Assembly: GCA_963668675.2 (NCBI GenBank)
Contig: CAXXMB010000002.1
Location: 3,104,001 to 3,168,000 of the forward strand
Origin: an uncultured Desulfatitalea sp.
GTDB taxonomy: Bacteria; Desulfobacterota; Desulfobacteria; Desulfobacterales; Desulfosarcinaceae
Direction: 5' to 3'
Length of the DNA: 64,000 nucleotides
Position numbers and translations under genes: made by a program. Below are positions 10,182-19,958 of this stretch, one piece after another. Within the stretch, counting starts at the first letter, position 1; the number at the start of each line of letters is the position of its first letter. The notes beneath the pieces were generated by a model. The model saw nothing but the letters and a program-made list of their open reading frames with translations. It was not told the origin of the DNA and ran no database searches.

Positions 10182-11156
10182 TCAGGGTACCGGGACGGCG
10201 TCGAAAATGCGGGCAATGATCTGATCGGTGGTGATGTCCTCGGCTTCGGCTTCATAGGTCGGAATGATGCGATGCCGCAACACCAGCGGCGCGATGGTTT
10301 TGACATCCTGGGGGGTCACATAGGCCCGGTTGTGCAGGAAGGCGTACGCGCGTGCGGCCAGACTCAGAAAGATCGTCGCCCTGGGCGAGGCACCGTACTG
10401 GATGTAGGGTTCGATGTCGATTCCCAGCTTTTCGGGCTCACGGGTGGCAAAGACCAGGGCGACGATGTAGTCTCGCAACTTTTCATCCATGTAGATGGCG
10501 TTGATCAATTGACGGGTGGCGTCGATCTGCGTCGGGGTCAGGACGGCCAATACCTGGGCCGGCGCCTCGAACCCCACCCGCTGCATGATCTGCTTCTCTT
10601 CGGCCTGGTTCGGATAGTCGATGAGCAGCTTGAGCATGAAGCGGTCCACCTGGGCCTCGGGTAACGGGTAGGTGCCCTCCTGTTCGATGGGGTTCTGGGT
10701 GGCGAGCACCAGAAAGGGGTCGTCCAGCTTGAAAGTGGCCTCCCCTATGGTTACCTGGCGCTCCTGCATGGCTTCGAGGAGGGCCGACTGAACCTTGGAG
10801 GGCGCACGGTTGATCTCGTCAGCCAGGATGATGTTGTTGAACAGGGGTCCTTTTTTGATGACGAAATCACCGGTCTTGGGCCGGTACACCTCGGTGCCGA
10901 TCAGATCGGCCGGCAGCAGGTCCGGGGTGAACTGGATGCGTTTGAAATCGGCTTGAACGGTATCGGCCAACGCCTTGACGGCACTGGTCTTGGCCAGACC
11001 GGGGACCCCTTCGATCAGGATGTGACCCTTGGTGAAGAGCCCGATGAGCAGCCCTTCGATCAGCGCCTGCTGGCCGATAAGCACTTTGCCGATTTCGTTT
11101 CGAATTTGATTGATCAGCGCGTGTTGCTGTTCGATCTGACGTGTCAGCTCTTCCAC
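10182..11156 (-). CDS. moxR: MoxR-family AAA+ ATPase
   Basis: Walker A 'GVPGLAKT', 'RIQFTPDLLPAD', 'DEINRA', 'ATQNPIEQEGTYPLPEAQVDRF', 'GASPR'; GTG start at 11156 with AAGGAG RBS. Confidence 0.95.
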   Translation of the reverse strand: MEELTRQIEQQHALINQIRNEIGKVLIGQQALIEGLLIGLFTKGHILIEGVPGLAKTSAVKALADTVQADFKRIQFTPDLLPADLIGTEVYRPKTGDFVIKKGPLFNNIILADEINRAPSKVQSALLEAMQERQVTIGEATFKLDDPFLVLATQNPIEQEGTYPLPEAQVDRFMLKLLIDYPNQAEEKQIMQRVGFEAPAQVLAVLTPTQIDATRQLINAIYMDEKLRDYIVALVFATREPEKLGIDIEPYIQYGASPRATIFLSLAARAYAFLHNRAYVTPQDVKTIAPLVLRHRIIPTYEAEAEDITTDQIIARIFDAVPVP

Positions 11157-11408
11157 GGTGACGGTTCTCCTTGTTCGGTATTCGATGGCGTGGCACCGGC
11201 TGAACCATTTGGCGCCGGCATCGGTTGGTGCCTCGCTAAATAGTGGAGAAAGACCTTTCTTGTCAAGATGGAGGACGGTATCTTCATCCACGGCGAGTTG
11301 GGTCATTTTAGCCTTGTATTGGCGCCCGAGTTTCCAGTATGTTAGCCACTTCGTGATCAAAGGCTTCGAATCCCCCGATAGATACCACTGGCTAGGAGCG
11401 CGCCTATC

Positions 11409-12449
11409 GTGACACCTCGAATTCAAACCGTTGCGGCACAGCAGGATGTGGCCGTTGACCTCTCCGCCCCGTTGCGCCTCATATTGAAACTGCAGCAGAC
11501 CGACGGCGCTATCCCATGGTCCGAAGGCGACAAAACCGATCCGTGGGACCATGTGGAGTCGGCCATGGGGCTGACCATCGGCGGCGCCCTTGACCCTGCC
11601 CGACGCGCCTTCGAGTGGCTGTGCAACACACAACTGCCCGACGGTAGCTGGTATGCGGCCCATATCGATGGTCGACCGACCGATCGCACGCGTGAGACCA
11701 ACCACGCCGCATATGTTGCCGTTGGTGTCTATCACTATTTTTTGGCCACCAACGATATTGATTTCGTCCGGATGATGTGGCCCACGGTTCAACGCGCCAT
11801 TGGTTTTGTGCTGCACCATCAAATGCCCTCCGGTGAGATCTGTTGGGCCGTCAGTCCCGAAGGTCGGATCGATCGCATGGCACTGATCACCGGATGCAGT
11901 TCGATCTGTTTCAGCCTTCAATGCGCTCTGGTCCTGGCCCATCTGATGGATATCGACAGATCCGACTGGCGCATCGCCCTGGCTCGACTTCAGCAGTGCC
12001 TGACCGACAAGCCCCATCGGTTCAACACCACCAAAGCGCGCTTCTCCATGGATTGGTTCTATCCCATTCTCAGCGGCGTGATGACCGGCCAATCCGCCCA
12101 ACAGCGCATCGACAAGTATTGGAAAAAATTTGTTGTTCAGGACCTGGGCGTACGGTGCGTCTCCGACCGGCCCTGGGTGACCGTTGCCGAATCGTGCGAA
12201 CTGGTTCTGGCGTTAAAGGCCATGGGCAGCCACCAGCAGGCCGAGATCATTTTCCGATGGATCTGCGACCACACCTTCGATGACGGCTCTTTCTGGTGCG
12301 GCTTCACTTTTCCCGACATGGTGATCTGGCCCGAAGAGAAGATCTCTTGGACCAACGCAGTGGTTATCATGGCAGCCGACGCCCTATACCAGTTGAGCCC
12401 CGCCGCCACCATCTTCTCCCACGACCACTGGCGTGAAATGGACATATAA
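11409..12449 (+). CDS. Prenyltransferase/squalene-cyclase-like (alpha/alpha barrel) protein of unknown function
   Basis: QW-like repeats 'LQQTDGAIPW', 'QLPDGSW', 'QMPSGEI', 'DDGSFW'; motifs 'DPWDHVE', 'FSMDWFYP', 'PWVTVAE'. Confidence 0.7.
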   Translation: MTPRIQTVAAQQDVAVDLSAPLRLILKLQQTDGAIPWSEGDKTDPWDHVESAMGLTIGGALDPARRAFEWLCNTQLPDGSWYAAHIDGRPTDRTRETNHAAYVAVGVYHYFLATNDIDFVRMMWPTVQRAIGFVLHHQMPSGEICWAVSPEGRIDRMALITGCSSICFSLQCALVLAHLMDIDRSDWRIALARLQQCLTDKPHRFNTTKARFSMDWFYPILSGVMTGQSAQQRIDKYWKKFVVQDLGVRCVSDRPWVTVAESCELVLALKAMGSHQQAEIIFRWICDHTFDDGSFWCGFTFPDMVIWPEEKISWTNAVVIMAADALYQLSPAATIFSHDHWREMDI

Positions 12450-12454
12450 ATACC

Positions 12455-13177
12455 GTGCGCAAGGATTACCGACCATACGCCATCAAAAAAGGGTGGTTGA
12501 AATTTCAGAAGTTCTACACCCACCATTTTATAGAGCCCCAGCTCCACTCTCTGGGGAAAGGGTTCGCCTTCTTGGGCCCCTGGCATGTCCAGCTCTTCGG
12601 AGGGCCCATCGACATCGGGAACTATTCAACCTTCATCGCCACGGCGGATCGAAAGGTGCGGCTGTCGGTGTGGCCGGAATGCAGGGAGAAAGAGGGCCGT
12701 ATCCGAATCGGGGATTACGTTCTGGTCTGCCCGGGTGTTCGGATCAGTGCAGCCGAAGAGATCGCTATCGAAGACAATTGCATGCTGGCCAGCGGGGCCT
12801 ACATTACCGACAGCGATTGGCACGGTATTTATGATCGTGTCTCCATGGGAAGGGCTCAACCGGTACGCTTGGGCAAAAACGTGTGGATCGGCGACAGCGC
12901 CATCGTCTGCAAAGGCGTGACCATCGGAGAGAACAGCATCGTCGGTGCCGGCGCCATCGTGGTCGCCTCGATTCCGCCCAACAGTGTGGCGGTGGGCAAT
13001 CCGGCCAAGGTGGTCAAAACACTTGACGCCAACGAAACGTTTACCACCCGGAAAGACTGGTATGCCGATCCGGCCAGGCTGGCACGCGAGTTTATCAAGT
13101 GGGAGCAGGCGGTGCTCAAGGGCAACACCTTCTTCGGATGGCTGCGGCACCTGGTTTTCCCCAGACGCGACGGCTGA
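12455..13177 (+). CDS. Hexapeptide-repeat (left-handed beta-helix) acyltransferase
   Basis: 'ITDSDWH', 'VWIG...GVTIGENSIVGAGAIV...GNPAKVVK'. Confidence 0.88.
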   Translation: MRKDYRPYAIKKGWLKFQKFYTHHFIEPQLHSLGKGFAFLGPWHVQLFGGPIDIGNYSTFIATADRKVRLSVWPECREKEGRIRIGDYVLVCPGVRISAAEEIAIEDNCMLASGAYITDSDWHGIYDRVSMGRAQPVRLGKNVWIGDSAIVCKGVTIGENSIVGAGAIVVASIPPNSVAVGNPAKVVKTLDANETFTTRKDWYADPARLAREFIKWEQAVLKGNTFFGWLRHLVFPRRDG

Positions 13178-13201
13178 ACCGTCCCTTTCCGACCGAGTGT
13201 A

Positions 13202-14359
13202 TTATCCTGACACTTCCCCCTTACGCACGATGCCATACAATCCAAAGACGATGCCGCCGGCCAGGGCGATCAAGGCGCTGATGGCAAACAGGCCTTGAGC
13301 GCCCATCGACTCATAGAGCGCGCCACTGAGGAAAAAACCGGCCATCAGGCCGAGTCCATAGGTCACCGAATTGTTCACCGCCTGTCCCAGCGTTTTGGAG
13401 GCCCTGGGAGCCAGCATATCGATGTAGAGAACGCTCGCCATGTGGAAAGTGCCGTAGGTGATCGCGTGCAACAGTTGCAGTGCCAGGATGGCCGGCATCG
13501 ATGATGCGGCCCATAACCCGGACCAGCGCAGGGCGGTCACGGCAAAAGAGGCGACCAAAACCGTTTCATACCGGAAGCGTTTGAAGATGCGTTCGGAAAA
13601 GAGCATGGCTGTGATTTCGCCCCCCACCGCTACGGCCCAAGCGATACCGATAAAGAAGCTGCCGTAATTCAGATTGGCCAGATGGATGGAGAAAAAGGTG
13701 TAGTAGGCCCCGTGGCTGAGCAGCATCAGAAAGGCGCAGAAGAGGAAAACGATGACCCGCGGCCTGAGCAGATGTCCCCACTCACCGGCCACCCTTTTCT
13801 GCCGGGGCGATGTCGATTTTGGAAATCCGAGGGACATCAGCACCTGCACCCATGAGCCGGCCAGAATCAGGGCCAGGATAATTTTGACGCCATAGGCGTC
13901 GATCACACGGCCGAGCACCAGTACCACCATGATGAAGGCAATCGATCCCCAGGCGCGCAGCCGGCCGTAGCGCTTTTTATCGGGCCCCAGCACATCCATG
14001 GCAAAGGCTTCGAGAAATGAGATCAGCGGGGCGTAAAAGATGCCGTGGAGGATAGTGATCACCAACATCCACCAGAAGTCGGCCGTCAGAAGGAAGAGCC
14101 CCCAGAAGCCTGCGCTGATGAAGTTGCACAGGATGTATATCCCCCGCCGGGTATGAAACCGGTCTGCCAGGATGCTCCAGAGGATCGAGAAGAGAATCAG
14201 GGTCACTGAACGCATGGCCGACAGGGTGCCGATTTGGAACCCGCTGAAACCGAGTTGGTAGCAGTAAAGATTGAAGAAGGGCAGGTGCATGCCCATGGTG
14301 CCGAAGTACAAGAAGTATTGCGCGGCGAATGTGCCGCGAATGTTTCGGGATAGCATCAT
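13202..14359 (-). CDS. MFS transporter (MFS_1-like, HcaT/nucleoside-type)
   Basis: About 12 hydrophobic segments; 'LADRF', 'YGRLRAWGS', 'LQLLHAITYG'. Confidence 0.85.
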   Translation of the reverse strand: MMLSRNIRGTFAAQYFLYFGTMGMHLPFFNLYCYQLGFSGFQIGTLSAMRSVTLILFSILWSILADRFHTRRGIYILCNFISAGFWGLFLLTADFWWMLVITILHGIFYAPLISFLEAFAMDVLGPDKKRYGRLRAWGSIAFIMVVLVLGRVIDAYGVKIILALILAGSWVQVLMSLGFPKSTSPRQKRVAGEWGHLLRPRVIVFLFCAFLMLLSHGAYYTFFSIHLANLNYGSFFIGIAWAVAVGGEITAMLFSERIFKRFRYETVLVASFAVTALRWSGLWAASSMPAILALQLLHAITYGTFHMASVLYIDMLAPRASKTLGQAVNNSVTYGLGLMAGFFLSGALYESMGAQGLFAISALIALAGGIVFGLYGIVRKGEVSG

Positions 14360-14594
14360 GAGAGCTATGATAGAAAAAGAGGGGTGAAAGTGCAACAGCG
14401 TAACATGAGATTAGAACCCGTACGAACAAAAAGAGAACAGCTTGAGCGCCTTTAACGATGAAGCGCCTGTCGGCCTCCGCTCATCTGTCGTCAGACTCAA
14501 TCCTCTTGAGCGCTTGGCTGAACCGTCTATCTGGCCCCAGATAGGTTGACATATTCCTTGCGAAGAAACGTGCCGACGGCTTTGAAAAGAAGTT

Positions 14595-15050
14595 TCAGTC
14601 GATGCTCACCGAGACTTTCTTCGGCTTCTCTTCCTCGGGTTTTGGAATATGTATCGTCAACACGCCGTTTTTGAACGAGGCTTTGATGCTCTCCGGGGCG
14701 ATGGGGTAACGCAGTGCGAACGAGCGCTGGAAGGTGCCGCAGGTTCTCTCCCGGCGATAATATTTTTCGTCGCCGACACTGGATTCGACCTGTCGGAGGC
14801 CCTGAATCGTGAGCATATTGTTCTTGACCTCTACCGAGACATCATCTTTTTTGACGCCCGGCAGATCGACCTGCATGGCGATGCCCTCATCGGTCTCGAA
14901 TATATCCACAAGGGGGCGCCATGCGCAGACCGAAAGGTCCTCCTCTTCATCCCCTTTATGGGGGAAAGCGTCTTCGAAGAGCCGATTGATTCGATCCTGC
15001 AATGCAGCAATGTTTCTGAAAGGATCCCACCGTACCACCGTCATGGCCAT
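14595..15050 (-). CDS. Hsp20/alpha-crystallin small heat-shock protein
   Basis: 'RWDPFR', 'PLVDIFET', 'DLPGV', 'GTFQRSF', 'ASFKNGVL'; AAGGAGG RBS. Confidence 0.95.
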   Translation of the reverse strand: MAMTVVRWDPFRNIAALQDRINRLFEDAFPHKGDEEEDLSVCAWRPLVDIFETDEGIAMQVDLPGVKKDDVSVEVKNNMLTIQGLRQVESSVGDEKYYRRERTCGTFQRSFALRYPIAPESIKASFKNGVLTIHIPKPEEEKPKKVSVSID

Positions 15051-15102
15051 ACCTCCTTGTCGCTTGCTTTAATGGGCCTTACAACGATCTGAACTTGCGC
15101 CA

Positions 15103-15130
15103 AATTTAATCACCTCGACCTGCTTGTCAA
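15103..15130 (-). promoter_or_regulatory. Candidate sigma70 promoter of the leftward Hsp20
   Basis: Minus strand TTGACA-N16-TAAATT about 50 bp upstream of the start. Confidence 0.4.
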
Positions 15131-15354
15131 TATCACCTAGAATCCCCGGAAATTCCAATGAGAGGAAAACCTTTCGCTGCCGGAGATTGCCTTTACAAAG
15201 CACTGGGGCGATGTTATTTTACGGGCGGTTTCAATTCTCTGATGGATTTTTGAAAGTGTTCTAGTGCCTTAGCAATTCGCCGGGCTCAATATAGATGCTG
15301 TTTGAAGCGACAAGACCCGGCGTGCATAAACACCCTTTCATCTAAGGAGTCGAC

Positions 15355-15807
15355 ATGGACTATGTCAAAATCCGATTTGGTGATGAATTCGACCGCATCG
15401 GTGCACACCTCGAAAGAACGCTTCAGGATATTTTCAGGCCGAGACCGGTGAATCCAATGTTTGCGTGCAAAGATTGCAGCTGGGTGCCCCAGGTGGATAT
15501 TTATGAAACCGAAAAGGAGGTGTTCATCTGGGCGGAGCTGGCCGGTGTGATTAAAGAGGATCTGGAGGTCGAGGTGAACAGTAAAGCGGTGCGTATATCG
15601 GGCCTGCGCAAAGAGCTGCCCAAACCCTCCGATGGGGCCTACCGTTTGGCGGAGATACGCTATGGTAAGTTCGAGCGGGTGCTCTATTTGCCCTCCCCGG
15701 TGGATACCGAGATCGTCTCGTCCCATTTTTCAGATGGATTTCTTGCCATCCGAATGCCCAAGCTCCAGATTCATAAGACGCACAAGATACCCATTAGTGA
15801 CGGATAG
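15355..15807 (+). CDS. Hsp20/alpha-crystallin protein upstream of lon
   Basis: 'PQVDIYET', 'ELAGV', 'EIRYGKFERVL', 'DGFL'; AAGGAG RBS. Confidence 0.92.
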   Translation: MDYVKIRFGDEFDRIGAHLERTLQDIFRPRPVNPMFACKDCSWVPQVDIYETEKEVFIWAELAGVIKEDLEVEVNSKAVRISGLRKELPKPSDGAYRLAEIRYGKFERVLYLPSPVDTEIVSSHFSDGFLAIRMPKLQIHKTHKIPISDG

Positions 15808-15921
15808 GCGCGATGATCGACCGACAGCGCTGCTCGGGCAACAGATCCAGATCTGTTTGTACCGAAAGAGAGGGATCCCATGAAAGCACGAACACCCCAC
15901 GCCGATGACAAGGAGGTTTTA

Positions 15922-18270
15922 ATGTCCGACGATAAACCCTCGGTTGACTACGATACAGAGAACTTACCCAACACACTGCCTATATTGCCGTTGTATGATG
16001 CGGCCCTCTTTCCCAAAATGGTGCTGCCCCTTGTGGTGATGCAGGGCGACTCTGTCAAGTTGGTAGACGAAGCCATGTCGCGTGATCGCATTATCGGCTT
16101 GGCTGTATCTGCCAAGCAGGAAAAATCGGGCCCCGATACCGAGGCGGATTTGTCCAAAGTGGGCTGCAGCGCCCTGATTCTGAAAATGGCCAAGACGGAA
16201 GACAACCGTGCGCAGATGCTGGTCCAGGGGTTGAGCCGGTTTAAAATCAAATCCTTCATCAAAGGCAAACCTTACCTGCAGGCTGAAGTAGAACATTTTG
16301 ACGACATTGAACGCAACGATGATGAGGCCGCGGCACTCATGGCCAATGCGGCCAAACAATTTGCCCGTATCGTGGAGCTCTCTCCAGGATTGCCTGCCGA
16401 GATTGCCCAGATGGCCAATACCCTCAAAGAGCCGGGCACATTGGCGGACATGATCGCCTCCACCATCAATTCCAATCCCGAAGAGAAGCAGCAGGTGCTC
16501 GAGACTCAGGACACCACCAAACGGTTGAAGGTGGTCACCAAGCTCATAAACCATCAATTGAGCATTCTGGAGCTGGGCAACAAGATTCAGTCCCAGGTCA
16601 AGGGTGACATGGACAAGCGCCAGCGGGAGTACTACTTGCGCCAGCAGCTCAAAGCGATAAGGGAGGAGCTGGGGGAGTCCGACGAGGGCGGGGTGGAGAT
16701 AGAGGAGTACCGTACCAAGATTCATGAGGGTGGGCTGCCCGAAGAGGCGGTCAAGGAGGCGGAACGGGAGTTGGGGCGACTGGCCAAAATGCACCCCTCC
16801 TCGGCCGAATACACCGTATCGTCGACCTACCTGGATTGGCTCACCGATCTGCCTTGGAACAAGAGCACGGATGACAATTTGGATATCAAGAAGGCGCGCA
16901 AGGTGCTCGACGATGACCACTACGGGCTTGAAAAGCCCAAGCGTCGCATTATTGAATACCTGGCGGTGCGAAAACTCAAACCCGACTCAAAAGGGCCCAT
17001 TTTGTGTCTTGCCGGCCCTCCGGGAACCGGTAAAACATCGTTAGGCGCATCCATTGCAAGGGCCCTGGGGCGCAATTTCCATCGTATTTCACTGGGGGGT
17101 GTGCGCGATGAGGCCGAAATCCGCGGCCACCGCCGGACCTATGTGGGAGCGCTTCCTGGACGCATCATCCAGGGGCTGCGCCGTGTCGGATCCAACAACC
17201 CCATCTTTATGCTCGACGAGATCGACAAAGTGGGCAGCGATTTTCGCGGTGACCCCTCCGCAGCCCTTCTCGAGGTACTCGATCCTGAGCAGAACTTCTC
17301 TTTTTCCGATCACTATCTGGATGTTCCCTTTGACCTCTCCAAGGTGATGTTCATTTGTACGGCCAATGTTTTGGATACGGTTCCCTCGGCCCTACGAGAC
17401 CGCATGGAGGTGATTCAACTGCTCGGTTACACCGAAGACGAGAAGGTGAAGATTGCCCAGCGCTACCTGGTGCCGAGACAGCGCAAGGCGAACGGTCTGA
17501 AGTCCAACCAGATTACGTTTGCCGTTGCGGCCATTCGCAAGGTGATCTCCGGCTATACGCGTGAGGCTGGGTTGCGCAACCTTGAGCGTGAAATCGGTAC
17601 GGTCTGCCGGGGCGTGGCCGCCAAGGTGGCGGAGGGCACGATCAAAAAGGCCTCTATCAAGGCTGCCGATCTCGTGGAGTACCTTGGTCCGGTCCGTTTC
17701 ACCTCAGAGGTCAAGGCGCGAATGAGTGTGCCGGGTGTGGCCATGGGGTTGGCTTGGACGCCTGTGGGCGGAGACTTGCTCTTTATCGAGGCCACGGCCA
17801 TGAAGGGTAAAAAGGGGATGACGCTGACCGGCCAACTGGGCGATGTGATGAAGGAGTCGGCCATGGCGGCCCTGAGTTTCATCCGGACCCATGCGAAGGC
17901 GCTGAAGATCGATGAGGATTTTTTCGATTCACACGACCTGCACATCCATGTGCCGGCCGGGGCGATCCCCAAAGATGGACCATCGGCCGGCGTGACCATG
18001 ATGACTGCCCTGGTATCCCTGATTACCAACAGGAAGATCCGTAAGGATCTGGCAATGACAGGGGAGATCACGCTGCGCGGCCAGGTGCTGCCGGTGGGTG
18101 GCATCAAGGAGAAGATGCTGGCGGCGCATCGGGCCGGCATCAAGACCATCATCATGTGCCGCCAGAATGAAAAGGACCTGGCGGACATTCCCGAGAAGGT
18201 GAAGAAGGATATCACCTTTCATTTTGTGGATAAGATGATGGAGGTGCTTGAGATCGCCCTCGTGAAGTGA
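15922..18270 (+). CDS. lon: ATP-dependent Lon protease (LonA)
   Basis: N-domain, Walker A 'GPPGTGKTS', 'LDEIDK', catalytic 'PKDGPSAG' and 'GGIKEK'; ATG at 15922 with AGGAGG RBS. Confidence 0.97.
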   Translation: MSDDKPSVDYDTENLPNTLPILPLYDAALFPKMVLPLVVMQGDSVKLVDEAMSRDRIIGLAVSAKQEKSGPDTEADLSKVGCSALILKMAKTEDNRAQMLVQGLSRFKIKSFIKGKPYLQAEVEHFDDIERNDDEAAALMANAAKQFARIVELSPGLPAEIAQMANTLKEPGTLADMIASTINSNPEEKQQVLETQDTTKRLKVVTKLINHQLSILELGNKIQSQVKGDMDKRQREYYLRQQLKAIREELGESDEGGVEIEEYRTKIHEGGLPEEAVKEAERELGRLAKMHPSSAEYTVSSTYLDWLTDLPWNKSTDDNLDIKKARKVLDDDHYGLEKPKRRIIEYLAVRKLKPDSKGPILCLAGPPGTGKTSLGASIARALGRNFHRISLGGVRDEAEIRGHRRTYVGALPGRIIQGLRRVGSNNPIFMLDEIDKVGSDFRGDPSAALLEVLDPEQNFSFSDHYLDVPFDLSKVMFICTANVLDTVPSALRDRMEVIQLLGYTEDEKVKIAQRYLVPRQRKANGLKSNQITFAVAAIRKVISGYTREAGLRNLEREIGTVCRGVAAKVAEGTIKKASIKAADLVEYLGPVRFTSEVKARMSVPGVAMGLAWTPVGGDLLFIEATAMKGKKGMTLTGQLGDVMKESAMAALSFIRTHAKALKIDEDFFDSHDLHIHVPAGAIPKDGPSAGVTMMTALVSLITNRKIRKDLAMTGEITLRGQVLPVGGIKEKMLAAHRAGIKTIIMCRQNEKDLADIPEKVKKDITFHFVDKMMEVLEIALVK

Positions 18271-18294
18271 ATCACTTTTGTGAGATGTCGCGCC

Positions 18295-18375
18295 GGCGAG
18301 TCCCGTGGGTGGTCTGCACCTAAGCGTCACTCACATGCAATGCCGAGCAGGTGCAGACCACCCACGGGACTCGCC
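18295..18375. repeat. 27-bp perfect inverted repeat downstream of lon
   Basis: GGCGAGTCCCGTGGGTGGTCTGCACCT (18295-18321) and its exact reverse complement (18349-18375), 27-nt loop. Confidence 0.85.
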
Positions 18376-18408
18376 TCCATGAGAGCCTTGATTTGAATTT
18401 GCCTAAAA

Positions 18409-18567
18409 TTGACAAACTCGTAAAAAGGAACTCACACGTCATGCCGGACTTGATCCGGCATCCAGAAACCATTGAAAAGAATGGATAGCGCTGAAGCTTC
18501 ACTGCGTGCCCGGCCTTCGCCAAAATGATGAAAACAGCATGTTTGCGATTTTTTACGAATTCATCAA
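18409..18567. repeat. REP/MITE-like element, copy 1 (reverse orientation) with outer imperfect TIRs
   Basis: Outer IR TTGACAAACTCGTAAAAA / TTTTTACGAATTCATCAA; core GTCATGCCGGACTTGATCCGGCATCCAG...CCGGCCTTCGCC resembles the copies at 58319 and 62035. Confidence 0.75.
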
Positions 18568-18598
18568 AATTATTCCAAAAGTAAACATCGGCACAAAT

Positions 18599-19372
18599 AT
18601 GGAAGAGAACTTGCGGTTTCGCAATTTTATATGCAGCAGGGCTGTGATTCCGGCGTTGCTGTTTTTTTTGTTGGTTCAGGCGTGCTCGACGTTGGAGCCG
18701 CCTCGACAGCGGCCGCCTGCTGAACCGGGCCAACCCAAACCATACCGAGTTAACGGCTCATGGTACCAGCCTTTGTCCCATGCCCGCGGTTTCGAGCAGG
18801 AGGGGGTGGCCTCCTGGTATGGTAAGAAGTTTCACGGCCGCAAGACATCCAATGGTGAGATCTATGACATGTATGCGGTTTCGGCGGCGCACAAGACGCT
18901 GCCGTTGGGAACCTATGTGCGCGTTCAAAATTTGAGCAACAATCGCACCCTGGATGTGCGCATCAACGACCGTGGCCCGTTTGTACGCGGACGCATTATC
19001 GATCTCTCCTACGGCGCCGCCAAAAAGCTTGATGTGGTGGCGGCGGGGACTGCGCCGGTAAAAATCTTCGCCCTGGGCGCCCCTGTCGAATCATCGCGGC
19101 CGGGAGAGGCCAAAAAGTATATGCCCCTCGATTACTACTCGGGCAACTTTACTTTTCAGGTGGGGGCGTTCACCGAGCGGGCCAATGCCGAGCGTCTGGT
19201 TCAGCGATTGGATCGGATCTATAAAAATGCCCACCAGGTCCCCTATTTTGACGGCAGCCGCACGTTTTACCGTGTGCGGGTGGGGCTCAGCACCGATCTG
19301 GAAGAGGCTGAGCAGTACGAGCGGCTTTTGAGACAGAGTGGATTTCCGGAGACTTTTATCGTTGCCGAGTAG
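18599..19372 (+). CDS. rlpA: Septal ring lytic transglycosylase RlpA (DPBB + SPOR)
   Basis: Lipobox-like 'VQAC'; 'ASWYG', 'AAHKTLP', 'INDRGPF', 'IIDLS'; SPOR 'QVGAF...YRVRVG'. Confidence 0.93.
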   Translation: MEENLRFRNFICSRAVIPALLFFLLVQACSTLEPPRQRPPAEPGQPKPYRVNGSWYQPLSHARGFEQEGVASWYGKKFHGRKTSNGEIYDMYAVSAAHKTLPLGTYVRVQNLSNNRTLDVRINDRGPFVRGRIIDLSYGAAKKLDVVAAGTAPVKIFALGAPVESSRPGEAKKYMPLDYYSGNFTFQVGAFTERANAERLVQRLDRIYKNAHQVPYFDGSRTFYRVRVGLSTDLEEAEQYERLLRQSGFPETFIVAE

Positions 19373-19958
19373 TCAAGAGCACATTGAGAAGGTGATTTTT
19401 CTGGATCGTGACGGGGTGATCAATCGTGACTCGCCCGATTACATCAAAAACTGGGATGAATTCGAGTTTCTGCCGGGCAGCCTGGAAGCGATGCGTCTGT
19501 TGAGCGAGGCGGGGTACTGCCTGATCGTGATCACGAACCAGTCGATCATCCATCGAGGCATGGTTCCGCCGGTCGTGCTGGAGGAGACCCATCGGCGCAT
19601 GAAAGCGGCCGTGGTGGCCGCTGGCGGCCAAATTTTCGATATCTTCTTCTGCCCCCATCGTCCGGATGAAAACTGCGCGTGTCGGAAGCCCAAACCCGGT
19701 TTGATCCAACAGGCGTGCCGTCGGTACGGGATCGATCCGGCTGCCGGTGTGATGGTTGGCGACAGTGCCAAGGATATTCTCTGCGGCCGTAATGCCGGAT
19801 GCGGGGCCACGATCCTTGTCCGTACGGGCAACGGGAAAAGCGCTGAGAAGGAGCTGGCCGACCAAATGGTCTGTCCTGGTGCGGTGGTTGCCGACCTGCT
19901 GGCAGCGGCCCATTATATCATTCGACAACAGGGGGTTGGGGAGGGAGCGGGGCCCTGA
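19338..19958 (+). CDS. gmhB: D-glycero-beta-D-manno-heptose 1,7-bisphosphate phosphatase
   Basis: HAD motifs 'FLDRDGVIN', 'TNQS', 'CPH...CACRKPKPG', 'MVGD'; real start may be TTG at 19362. Confidence 0.92.
   Translation: MDFRRLLSLPSSQEHIEKVIFLDRDGVINRDSPDYIKNWDEFEFLPGSLEAMRLLSEAGYCLIVITNQSIIHRGMVPPVVLEETHRRMKAAVVAAGGQIFDIFFCPHRPDENCACRKPKPGLIQQACRRYGIDPAAGVMVGDSAKDILCGRNAGCGATILVRTGNGKSAEKELADQMVCPGAVVADLLAAAHYIIRQQGVGEGAGP

Noticed and set aside
9378..10664. Long antisense ORFs (e.g. 9378..10664, 19913..21445, 29123..30151, 35580..36491)
   Set aside because: Shadow frames of well-supported GC-rich genes, with no recognisable motifs
11157..12101. 315-aa N-terminal extension of MoxR in the 639-aa ORF call
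   Set aside because: Mostly antisense to the 11409..12449 gene; MoxR similarity begins at GTG 11156, which has a good RBS
15269..15295. Possible CIRCE (TTAGCA...) between the Hsp20 genes
   Set aside because: Only a partial left arm; no GAGTGCTAA right arm at 9-nt spacing
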